Shown piece by piece: positions 22,766-30,319 of a DNA stretch of 30,451 nt. Positions within the stretch are counted from its first letter, which is position 1. Each line of letters opens with the position of its first letter. The DNA is from a virus (Duplodnaviria > Heunggongvirae > Uroviricota > Caudoviricetes), in the IMG/VR virus record IMGVR_UViG_3300025898_000004, positions 1 to 30,451 of that record; one strand, 5' to 3'. Position numbers and translations under genes: made by a program. Under the pieces are notes generated by a model. It searched no databases, was not told the origin of the DNA, and saw only the letters and a list, made by a program, of their open reading frames with translations.

Positions 22766-23391
22766 GACTCCTCACTCTCGTTCGGGTTCGCCACCGTCAA
22801 CGGCAACCGCCACAACGTCCGGGCAATGCGCACACCCTCACTGTCCCGCGCGCCCGCGATGTCCTTGGCACGCATCAGACGCAACACCTTCGTCACCGTG
22901 CGCGCCGTCCGCAAACGCAAGTCCGCGCCCACTTCCACGGCGAACGTGCACAGAGCCTCCGCCCGCACATGCACATGCAAGTTTCCCCACCGTGAACCCG
23001 CGCGCCCCAGAATAGGGGCGTCCTCGTTTTCGAGAGATTCATCGTACGTCGCGACAGGAGGATACGCCTTCAGGTATTCCCTGATCAGTTCGAACAGCGG
23101 AATAACCAACATGCGGTATTCCGACTTTTCCGTATCCTCGCGAATATCGGCGATACGCCGAACAAAAGCCACCGTGAAGAACGGCACCGGGCCGTCGCTC
23201 CCGTCCACCTGACACCAGACGGCCGGCACCTGGAAGGTGGACGCCGCCGCCGTGAGGTCGGCTACGGACATCTTGACCAGGGGGGCGACCTCTTCGGCCG
23301 TCAGGTAGTCGGCCACCTCCTCCGGTGTCAAGGTCACCAGTGCTAGCGCCCGCTTGGGCGGCATGGTCGGCCCCGTCTCTACGTTGTTCAT
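22762..23391 (-). CDS. HTH-containing DNA-binding protein, possibly leaderless
   Basis: YLTAEEVAPLVKMS; no RBS before ATG 23391. Confidence 0.65.
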   Translation of the reverse strand: MNNVETGPTMPPKRALALVTLTPEEVADYLTAEEVAPLVKMSVADLTAAASTFQVPAVWCQVDGSDGPVPFFTVAFVRRIADIREDTEKSEYRMLVIPLFELIREYLKAYPPVATYDESLENEDAPILGRAGSRWGNLHVHVRAEALCTFAVEVGADLRLRTARTVTKVLRLMRAKDIAGARDSEGVRIARTLWRLPLTVANPNESEES

Positions 23392-23460
23392 ACTGTACAC
23401 CTTACCGTCCTGTCAGTGCGTACTGTCAAGTCCATACCCTCTTTGTACGGTATGGATCGA

Positions 23461-24374
23461 ACAATGGACCCCCCGGGACCCGGTCCATTAGGTCCACGGG
23501 GTCCATCGTTTTGCCTGATCAGACCCGGTGTCCCGGAAACGTGGACGGGGGCCGAAAGTTCGTGGACTCCCCTTTGACCTGGGACGGCCCCCCCCTCCCG
23601 AAGGGGACCGGAACCCCTCGGAGCGCACCCCGTCCAGCCTGCGGCGATCTCAGGGGGTCGGACGGCCCTCTCCAGATAGACCCGCCGCGCGGAGCGCCGG
23701 CACCGGTCGCCGGGGAGGGGTCCGACGCGGTTTCGCGTCCTATAGGAGGCGACTCTGTGCTTTGCTACCCCTGAGCTGGACGAACTGTCAGCACTTCCAG
23801 TATGTCGGACATTTCGGACATCCCATGTCCGTTTTGTCTGATATACTGGAGATATTGACAGTATGATCTGAGTTCGGGTCAGCCAAGTACGTCCAGGACC
23901 CAAAGTAACCCCAGGTCGGAAACCTATAATCCCAGGTCAGACCCCGGACCCGGTACGAAAGTCAAAAGGGGGTCCACGGGGGTCCACGTTCCGGACCATA
24001 AGGCGCTGACCTGCAATAATCTACTGTACGATGGACCCCCCACGGACCCCCCATTGGACGCGGACACATAGCCCGATACCCCCCACCCCTATGCACAGAC
24101 GCCCGTCTCCACTACCACAAACCGTTACCCGCAGACTATTGACACAGACTACGGTTCGTGTTAATTAATAGGAGCTTTATGCATTCAGATAATCTGACCT
24201 GCGGAAACACAACACGCTAGCCGCCTCTGCGTCACGCTCCGTGCCGTTACCTACGCTGCGTATTTGCGCTGGTCACGGCTATGCCGTGCAGGACACGCGT
24301 ACTGTCCGTGCCGGGCCGGCCGGGCGTCCTGTGGACCCCTTTTCCGGCCCTACGGGGCACCGTGGACCCCTTTC
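23461..24374. repeat. Non-coding region with dispersed (CG)TGGACCCC(CTTT)-type repeats in both orientations
   Basis: Copies at about 23465, 23491, 23498, 23561, 23968, 23978, 24032, 24043, 24331, 24361. Confidence 0.65.
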
Positions 24375-24461
24375 CCACGGTGCCCCGTACTGGAGAGGCT
24401 GACAGTTAGCAGGACTCCCCACGGTGCCCCGTACTGGAGAGGCTGACAGTTAGCAGGACTC
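24374..24461. repeat. Perfect 44-bp tandem duplication
   Basis: CCCACGGTGCCCCGTACTGGAGAGGCTGACAGTTAGCAGGACTC at 24374-24417 and 24418-24461. Confidence 0.9.
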
Positions 24462-24989
24462 GTCCACGAACAGCCGATACAGCAACTGGGACCCCCAGCA
24501 CTGCGCCCGGTCGTCCCACCCGTTGGCCGCGTACGGCCGCCCCGTCTCCCGCGCCACGCGCTCCTCCAGCTCGGTCCGCAACTCGTCGGACATGCCGCGC
24601 TGCGTGTGCACGTAGTCCGCGCCCATCTTCACCAGCTCCGCACGGTGGCAGCACCGCGACTGGGCCGGGCCGTCGTCGCCCATCCCATGCCCATAGGTCT
24701 CCCCTGTGCGTGCGCCGTGCTCCGGGCAGTACCAGGTATGCGCCCCGTACTGAAGGTCGATCATCCCGTCGAACTTCGAGCCGGAGAACGGGGCCGTGAC
24801 CTTGTCGACCGCGTTGGCGGTCGGGCCGTCGGTCCACCGGACGTCGATCGAGGAACCGCCGGCGTAGCGGGAGGAGCGGACCGAGAACTTGACGCCGGGG
24901 AACTCCTTCTTGAGGTGCTTGCGGACCAGCTTGGCCACGTCGGCGGTGTCGATCCAGCGGGCGGAGGCGGCGGGAAGCGTCTCGGTCAT
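24450..24989 (-). CDS. LPD29 (large polyvalent protein-associated domain 29)-like protein
   Basis: TADVAKLVRKHLKKEFPGVKFSVRSSRYAGGSSIDVRWTDGPT...FDGMIDL. Confidence 0.8.
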   Translation of the reverse strand: MTETLPAASARWIDTADVAKLVRKHLKKEFPGVKFSVRSSRYAGGSSIDVRWTDGPTANAVDKVTAPFSGSKFDGMIDLQYGAHTWYCPEHGARTGETYGHGMGDDGPAQSRCCHRAELVKMGADYVHTQRGMSDELRTELEERVARETGRPYAANGWDDRAQCWGSQLLYRLFVDESC

Positions 24990-25025
24990 GTCTGGCTCCT
25001 TAGTTCGTTCTGGGCTGATAGGTAA

Positions 25026-25054
25026 AGACTAATCAGGAGACCCTGGGATGTCAA
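25026..25054 (-). promoter_or_regulatory. Cassette promoter
   Basis: TTGACA-N17-TAGTCT. Confidence 0.8.
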
Positions 25055-25097
25055 CTCTTTGACGCTAGGCCGAAAGAGTGACATCCCAGGGACACGC

Positions 25098-25487
25098 TCA
25101 CCGACGCGGGAACGCCGCGAAGATGTGCGCCACCTCCTTATGCGTCGGAGCCCACCCACACGGCTCGTCACCGGGATCACCAGGGCAGTACCAGCCCACG
25201 TGATCCCCGTCCACGAACGCGGGAGCCATCCGAACTGAGGTCGGCCACGCGTTGCGCTCCGCGCCGGACGCCTGGATGTACCCCTCCGGGTGCTGGAACA
25301 TGTGGCTGTGCTCCAACGCGAACGCCTTGTGCCCCAAGTCGAAGCACCCCAGGCAGGTGGAGGAGTAGCCGCCGCTGAATCGGCCCGGCTCGTTGTCCCG
25401 CTCCGTCGGAGCGTTGCAGTGGACACAGCGACCCTCGGCGACGCGAAGCGAGCGGGCGACGAACTGGGCCGGGGTGTAGGGAAGCAT
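25098..25487 (-). CDS. Zn-finger-like hypothetical protein
   Basis: AAGGAG RBS; CVHC...CLGC. Confidence 0.7.
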   Translation of the reverse strand: MLPYTPAQFVARSLRVAEGRCVHCNAPTERDNEPGRFSGGYSSTCLGCFDLGHKAFALEHSHMFQHPEGYIQASGAERNAWPTSVRMAPAFVDGDHVGWYCPGDPGDEPCGWAPTHKEVAHIFAAFPRR

Positions 25488-25527
25488 GTCGGTGGCTCCT
25501 TTGGCTGGTTCCGTGCTGACAGGAACT

Positions 25528-25556
25528 ACATTAGACGGGGAGTCTCGGGATGTCAA
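25528..25556 (-). promoter_or_regulatory. Cassette promoter
   Basis: TTGACA-N17-TAATGT. Confidence 0.8.
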
Positions 25557-25600
25557 CTCTTTGATGTAGGCCGAAAGAGTGACACCCTGAGAAACCGCAC

Positions 25601-26071
25601 TCAGTGCCGGCACCACCGTGCGTGAGCACCCTCCGCCAACGCCAGGAAGTACTCAGCCTCATCCGCCCGCCCGCCGCGTGCCATGCGGATAGCGGTCGAC
25701 AACTCGTCCCGCACGCCCCGGATGAACTCCGCACCATAGACCGCGTGCGCGGCCAGCGCCGTCACCCGCTCCGCCCAGCGGGTGACGCTGGTGTCGATGT
25801 CCAACACGGTCACGTTGAACGTGGCCGGCACCGTGGCGCATGGCCGCGCGACGGTCGGCGCACTCTCCCGTGCGCACGTGTAGACCACCTGTCCGGCCTT
25901 GTCCGTGACTACCGCGTAGTGCACGCCGAGGCCCTTTTGCGCGATGATCTGGTCCGCCTGCGCCGGGCCGCACACGTCCGCCATCACGCTGTGCTGAACC
26001 GCGCGGAAGTTCTCCCGCCCCGTGGCGTCGAAGCCAGTGACAGTGCGGGTGTGCTTTTCGAACCGGGCCAT
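25601..26071 (-). CDS. Hypothetical protein
   Basis: GGAGG RBS after promoter. Confidence 0.7.
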   Translation of the reverse strand: MARFEKHTRTVTGFDATGRENFRAVQHSVMADVCGPAQADQIIAQKGLGVHYAVVTDKAGQVVYTCARESAPTVARPCATVPATFNVTVLDIDTSVTRWAERVTALAAHAVYGAEFIRGVRDELSTAIRMARGGRADEAEYFLALAEGAHARWCRH

Positions 26072-26107
26072 GATGTCCTCCGGGGGTGCGATGCGCTGAC
26101 ACGAGAT

Positions 26108-26136
26108 AATCTAATCGAAAGTTCGGGGGATGTCAA
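26108..26136 (-). promoter_or_regulatory. Cassette promoter with perfect 16-bp palindrome around -35
   Basis: TTGACA-N17-TAGATT; IR 26121-26136/26141-26156. Confidence 0.8.
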
Positions 26137-26164
26137 CCCTTTGACATCCCCCGAACCGGGTGAA

Positions 26165-26587
26165 TTAGTAGCCCCGCCGCACACGAGCGATGGCGGCCTT
26201 GCGCACCCGCGCGTGCCAGGCGTTCGCCTTGAGCTGGTTGGTCAGCTCAGTGGTGGCCGCGCCGTACCGGGCGGCCTTGATGTGGTAGTCGCATCGCTGG
26301 TCAGCGGTGTTCAGTCGGTCAATGTTGTGGTAGCCAACCATCGTGGTCACGTCGTGGTTGGGCTGGCCGGGACGCATGGACGCGGTCACCGCGCCGGACA
26401 CGGCCAGTCGGTACGTGCCGTTGTCCTCGATCACCAGGCCCTTGGTGACCAGGCGGCCCAGCTGGGTCGCCGTCTGGCCCTTGCCAGCGCTGAACGTGGT
26501 GTGACCGTGGTTGTCGTACAACCGGGCCAACAGGACCAGCTGAGTGGCGGTCGGGCGCAGGTTGGCGAGGGTGCCGGTGCGGGCCAT
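26165..26587 (-). CDS. Hypothetical protein with probable N-terminal winged helix
   Basis: PTATQLVLLARL...QLGRLVTKGLVIEDNGTYRL. Confidence 0.7.
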   Translation of the reverse strand: MARTGTLANLRPTATQLVLLARLYDNHGHTTFSAGKGQTATQLGRLVTKGLVIEDNGTYRLAVSGAVTASMRPGQPNHDVTTMVGYHNIDRLNTADQRCDYHIKAARYGAATTELTNQLKANAWHARVRKAAIARVRRGY

Positions 26588-26630
26588 GGTGTCCTCCGGA
26601 GTTTCGGTTCGCTCTGTGCTGACAGATAAG

Positions 26631-26659
26631 ACCCTAATCGGTGATACGTGGGGTGTCAA
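26631..26659 (-). promoter_or_regulatory. Cassette promoter with perfect 15-bp palindrome
   Basis: TTGACA-N17-TAGGGT; IR 26646-26660/26663-26677. Confidence 0.8.
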
Positions 26660-26690
26660 CTCGTTGACACCCCACGTGGCGTAGGTCACA

Positions 26691-26951
26691 TCAGCCGTTT
26701 CGGAAGGCACGCATCACCGTGTGCGGGAACGCGTGCGACGGTGCCGCCACGCCTACTCGCGTGCACACTGACTCGCTTGAGTCCTCCCACACGGCCGGAC
26801 CTTCGTCACCGTACCTCTGCCCCGGGCCGTGCGCGTCCGACGCTGCCCACAGACGGGCCGCACGTGCGGACTTTGCCACAATCACCCACCCCTCCACTTC
26901 GTCGTAATCCGCGCCGTTCGGTCGGTACAGGTGCCACACGAACATGATCAT
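26691..26951 (-). CDS. Hypothetical phage protein (YDEVEGWVIVAKSARAAR...GDEG..VW)
   Basis: GGGAGG RBS. Confidence 0.7.
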   Translation of the reverse strand: MIMFVWHLYRPNGADYDEVEGWVIVAKSARAARLWAASDAHGPGQRYGDEGPAVWEDSSESVCTRVGVAAPSHAFPHTVMRAFRNG

Positions 26952-26972
26952 TACCTCCCGTTGCGAATTTGA

Positions 26973-27326
26973 TCAGGCAACCATGGCGGCGAACAGCGAC
27001 GCCTCCCACTCCGCCACGTTCTTACGCGGCCGGTACACGCACAGCCGCGCCACGAACGTCTCACGGTCGTACAGCTTCACCTCGATGCGCTTTGTGCGGC
27101 GACCCTTGAGCTTGATCACCGCCGTGGCCTTGTCCTGGGCCACCATGCCCCGGGAAAACGCCGCAGAGAAGCGCTCAGCGGTCGACACGGGGAACCCGGC
27201 CACGATCAGGTGGTGCTTGGCCGACGCGGGACCGGCGGCCACGGCCTTGTGTGCGGTGCGGATGGCGCGGTTCTCTCTGCGCATGGTGCGGACCGTGGCG
27301 CGTGCGGTGCGGGCGTCGGCGTTCAC
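26973..27326 (-). CDS. Basic hypothetical protein
   Basis: AAGGAGG RBS, GTG start after promoter. Confidence 0.75.
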   Translation of the reverse strand: MNADARTARATVRTMRRENRAIRTAHKAVAAGPASAKHHLIVAGFPVSTAERFSAAFSRGMVAQDKATAVIKLKGRRTKRIEVKLYDRETFVARLCVYRPRKNVAEWEASLFAAMVA

Positions 27327-27355
27327 TGGGGACCTCCTTGGTTGGCGTGTCTATG

Positions 27356-27384
27356 ACTCTAATCGACTGGTTAGGGGATGTCAA
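27356..27384 (-). promoter_or_regulatory. Cassette promoter with perfect 14-bp palindrome
   Basis: TTGACA-N17-TAGAGT; IR 27371-27384/27389-27402. Confidence 0.8.
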
Positions 27385-27411
27385 CTGTTTGACATCCCCT
27401 AATCGGGTGAC

Positions 27412-27723
27412 TTAGCCGTTGGTGAGGATGGTGATGGCGTCCCGAATCGCGTTCCCGCTCCCCACGTGCTCCGTCTGCGACACGAAAAAGGTGTCGTCGT
27501 CGAAGTCCGCACGGGCGCGGAGAACATACACACTGTCGTCCTCGCGGCTGTTGCTGGGGTACACCTGCGACCAGTTCCCCGACGGTTTCATGTCGGAGGT
27601 CAGAAGGTCAAACACCCAGGATGTGGCGTCCCAGCGCTTCACCGTGATGCCGAATCGGCCGACGGAGAACGTGAACTCCGCGCCCGGCGCGAGGGTCTCG
27701 ATGTGGCTGGTGTTGACGTTCAT
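27412..27723 (-). CDS. Hypothetical protein (MNVNTSHIET...)
   Basis: GGAGG RBS after promoter. Confidence 0.7.
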   Translation of the reverse strand: MNVNTSHIETLAPGAEFTFSVGRFGITVKRWDATSWVFDLLTSDMKPSGNWSQVYPSNSREDDSVYVLRARADFDDDTFFVSQTEHVGSGNAIRDAITILTNG

Positions 27724-27769
27724 TCTGGCCTCCGGGGTGAGGGGGAGTGGGTTCTCCCTGATGACTAGA

Positions 27770-27798
27770 ACACTAGTCAACACGGCACGGGATGTCAA
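27770..27798 (-). promoter_or_regulatory. Cassette promoter
   Basis: TTGACA-N17-TAGTGT. Confidence 0.8.
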
Positions 27799-27899
27799 CT
27801 ATTTGAAGTAGTCCGATCGAGTGACCCGCGAACCCCCCGCCCCGTCGCCTGTCGCGCACCACTCGTGACTCCCGTTACTGGGAGTAGCACTCGTGACAG

Positions 27900-27932
27900 A
27901 AAATACTCCCCCGACCATTCTGGCCGGGGGAG
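27900..27932 (-). terminator. Intrinsic terminator
   Basis: CTCCCCCG..CGGGGGAG hairpin followed by TATTTT, just after stop at 27941. Confidence 0.65.
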
Positions 27933-27940
27933 CGGGTATT

Positions 27941-28885
27941 TCAGAGGGTGATTCGGGCGGCCTTGCTGGGACGCTGGAAGAAACCGAAGTCGGGCTTGTC
28001 GCTGGCCTCGATGGTGGCGGTGAAGGTGACGCGCTCACCGGGCTTGACGGCGGAGTCGCCGGTAATGCAACCGCGCTCGTTCGTGGTAAGGGACTTCGGA
28101 ACGGTGCCCCATACGAGCCATCCGGCGTCGCTCTTGACGGTCATGACGAGTCGGCCGCCGTAGCCGTTTTCCTTCCATGCCACCTTGACGACGGTCCCGG
28201 TGACCTGACGCCCTTTCCCGGTGGGGACCGGCGCGGCCGGGGTTTCGGTGGCCTGAGCGGCGATTCGGGCCGCGTAGGCGTCGCCCTTTTCGGTGACCCG
28301 GGTCATGAGCTTGGAAATGAGTTCCAGCTGGCGGGGGGAGGGGTCGCCGTACTTGCGCGCCTTGTCCACGATGTCGCCCATGGTGATGAGTTCCCAGGAA
28401 CAACCGGCGACGTTCCCGAATCGGCCGCCGTCTTCGGTGACGACCACGTTGTAAATGTTCTCGTGATAGGTGGCGTATGCGAGGTCGGGGTTGTCGTCGC
28501 ACAGGGCCTCGAATCGGGCGGCCCGTGCGATGCGTTCCCGGTTGAGTGAGGCGGTCTTGCGGAGCTTCTGAAACTCGCCCTTGGTGAGTTCGAATCGGCC
28601 GTCAAGGCACGTTTCGCCGACCCAAATCATTTCCATGACGTCGTCGCGGGCCATGAGTGCGCCGTAGCGAATGTTCGTGCCGCAGTGGCCGCAACCGCCG
28701 GTTTCGGAGCCGCCGAACTTGTAGCCCTTGGCGAGCATTTCGTTGACCAGGGCGATGCGGTCCTGAATCTGCATGTAGTCGAATTCGGGGGTGAAGTCGA
28801 AGACGCCGTAGCAGTTGTATGCCTGGGGGTCGAATCGGTCGGAGCTGGGGGCGTGGACGTCGCGGCGGCGGGTCGTGGTGGTCAC
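27941..28885 (-). CDS. Phage protein with CxxC motif and probable C-terminal OB fold
   Basis: CGHCGTNIRY; VTGTVVKV...VWGTVPKSL...GERVTFTATI...FGFFQRP. Confidence 0.8.
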   Translation of the reverse strand: MTTTTRRRDVHAPSSDRFDPQAYNCYGVFDFTPEFDYMQIQDRIALVNEMLAKGYKFGGSETGGCGHCGTNIRYGALMARDDVMEMIWVGETCLDGRFELTKGEFQKLRKTASLNRERIARAARFEALCDDNPDLAYATYHENIYNVVVTEDGGRFGNVAGCSWELITMGDIVDKARKYGDPSPRQLELISKLMTRVTEKGDAYAARIAAQATETPAAPVPTGKGRQVTGTVVKVAWKENGYGGRLVMTVKSDAGWLVWGTVPKSLTTNERGCITGDSAVKPGERVTFTATIEASDKPDFGFFQRPSKAARITL

Positions 28886-28927
28886 TGTGTGCTCCCTGGT
28901 GTGGTTGGTGCCGTGTTGATGGGACTA

Positions 28928-28956
28928 ACACTAGCCAGCACGGCACGGGATGTCAA
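28928..28956 (-). promoter_or_regulatory. Cassette promoter (leftward member of divergent pair)
   Basis: TTGACA-N17-TAGTGT. Confidence 0.8.
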
Positions 28957-28994
28957 CTGTTTGGGCGGAGTGACCTGGGTCACAACCCAAGAGT

Positions 28995-29023
28995 TTGACA
29001 TCCCAGAACTGCCCGGGTACTGT
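28995..29023 (+). promoter_or_regulatory. Cassette promoter (rightward member of divergent pair)
   Basis: TTGACA-N17-TACTGT. Confidence 0.78.
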
Positions 29024-29061
29024 CTTCCCTGTCAGACCAAAGCGACCCGGGGAGGTCCAGC

Positions 29062-29322
29062 GTGGTCAACACCGGCGGAGGCAAGCAAGGGGCCGCGTTC
29101 CGGCGCGGCTTCTCCGCCCAAGAGATGAAAAACTTCGCCACCGGCAAGCGAATCGAGTGGAAAGACGACCGGCGATGGCATCCCGGAACCGTCGTCATCG
29201 GTCCCCGTACCGACCTCACAGGAGCCATGTACGTCCTCGTGCGGAACACCGGCGCGGCTACCCGCAACGTGGACGCCGGGGAAGTGACCCGGGCCTATCC
29301 CGGATCCATCAGAAGGGCCTAG
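29062..29322 (+). CDS. Hypothetical protein
   Basis: GGAGG RBS, GTG start. Confidence 0.7.
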   Translation: MVNTGGGKQGAAFRRGFSAQEMKNFATGKRIEWKDDRRWHPGTVVIGPRTDLTGAMYVLVRNTGAATRNVDAGEVTRAYPGSIRRA

Positions 29323-29331
29323 GAGGGCTGT

Positions 29332-29595
29332 ATGGCACGCGCGGAGTATGTGCGGCATGTCGCAGGCGACACGCTGACCACGGGCACCGTGTTGGTGTTC
29401 AGAGAGTATTTCGAGATGCTGGGCAACAAGCTGGGGTATGTGTATCGCACGGACCCTTTGTCTGGAGTCAGGACCAAAGAGAAGGTCAAGTTTCGGGTCA
29501 GGGTGTACGCCCGGGATGGTTCGGGCGTGGGCAGCCATGTCCGGTGCTACCGCCTGGGTTTGAGTTTCCCGGCTGGGAAGCTGATCACGGACTGA
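29332..29595 (+). CDS. Hypothetical protein
   Basis: AGGAGG RBS. Confidence 0.7.
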   Translation: MARAEYVRHVAGDTLTTGTVLVFREYFEMLGNKLGYVYRTDPLSGVRTKEKVKFRVRVYARDGSGVGSHVRCYRLGLSFPAGKLITD

Positions 29596-29624
29596 CGTTC
29601 ACTCGAACGGGGGATGCTAAGGAG

Positions 29625-29653
29625 TTGACATCCCCCGTTCCGTCGGTTAGTCT
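29625..29653 (+). promoter_or_regulatory. Cassette promoter
   Basis: TTGACA-N17-TAGTCT. Confidence 0.8.
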
Positions 29654-29696
29654 TTAGACACAACACAGCAACCCCCCACCAACCAAGGAGCACCCG

Positions 29697-30056
29697 ATGA
29701 CCGCCACGATCTCCCTCAAGGTCCGCGACGACGCCGCCTTCGCGGCCGTGGCCCCCGCCAAGGTCGGCCACAAGACGATCGCCATGGACGTGGAATTCGT
29801 CGGGTGCCACGTGTCCATCTCGCGGACCGCCGACACCTATTACAACGTGACGGCTCGAAAGGGCGCGTTCCACGGCTCCGCCATCACGGCCGCGCAGGTG
29901 TGGTTCGACCAGGCCACGCTTCAGTGGGTTGTGGACCAGCACATCGCCTACGGCGAACCGGCCATGGAGGTCACCCGCACGCGGTCCCTGAAGGCGGCCC
30001 TGGGTGTCGCTCAGTGGCAGGTGGCCTATGACGGCCACGCTCTGGGCCAATGGTGA
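29697..30056 (+). CDS. Hypothetical protein
   Basis: AAGGAG RBS after promoter. Confidence 0.72.
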   Translation: MTATISLKVRDDAAFAAVAPAKVGHKTIAMDVEFVGCHVSISRTADTYYNVTARKGAFHGSAITAAQVWFDQATLQWVVDQHIAYGEPAMEVTRTRSLKAALGVAQWQVAYDGHALGQW

Positions 30057-30316
30057 CCCCCGACCAACGGGAGGCCGCCATCACGGCCGGGGTCGAGCGG
30101 GCGCACAGCGTCCGCTCCCCCGGCCACTGGCAAGCCCCCACACGTGATCTCGTCAACGGCTGGCACACAACCAACGCAATCATCACCCAAGGCACCAGCC
30201 GGGACATCGTGTTCGCCGCCGCTATGAACCGCGAACACTGCGCCATGGTGCTCACCGAACGCGGAATAACCGGCCCGTGGACCCCGGAGAAAAAGCCCCA
30301 AAAAAGAAAGAGGTAG
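30053..30316 (+). CDS. Hypothetical protein
   Basis: GTGA coupling. Confidence 0.62.
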   Translation: MTPDQREAAITAGVERAHSVRSPGHWQAPTRDLVNGWHTTNAIITQGTSRDIVFAAAMNREHCAMVLTERGITGPWTPEKKPQKRKR

Positions 30317-30319
30317 CGG

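Noticed and set aside
23325-24446. ORFs 23325-23774, 23388-23903, 23528-23866 and 24264-24446
   Set aside because: Low-complexity, mutually overlapping, no RBS; the region is better explained as non-coding repeats.
26141-27417. Rightward promoters from the mirrored TTGACA copies at 26141, 26664 and 27389
   Set aside because: No TAnnnT at 17-bp spacing and no plus-strand genes downstream.
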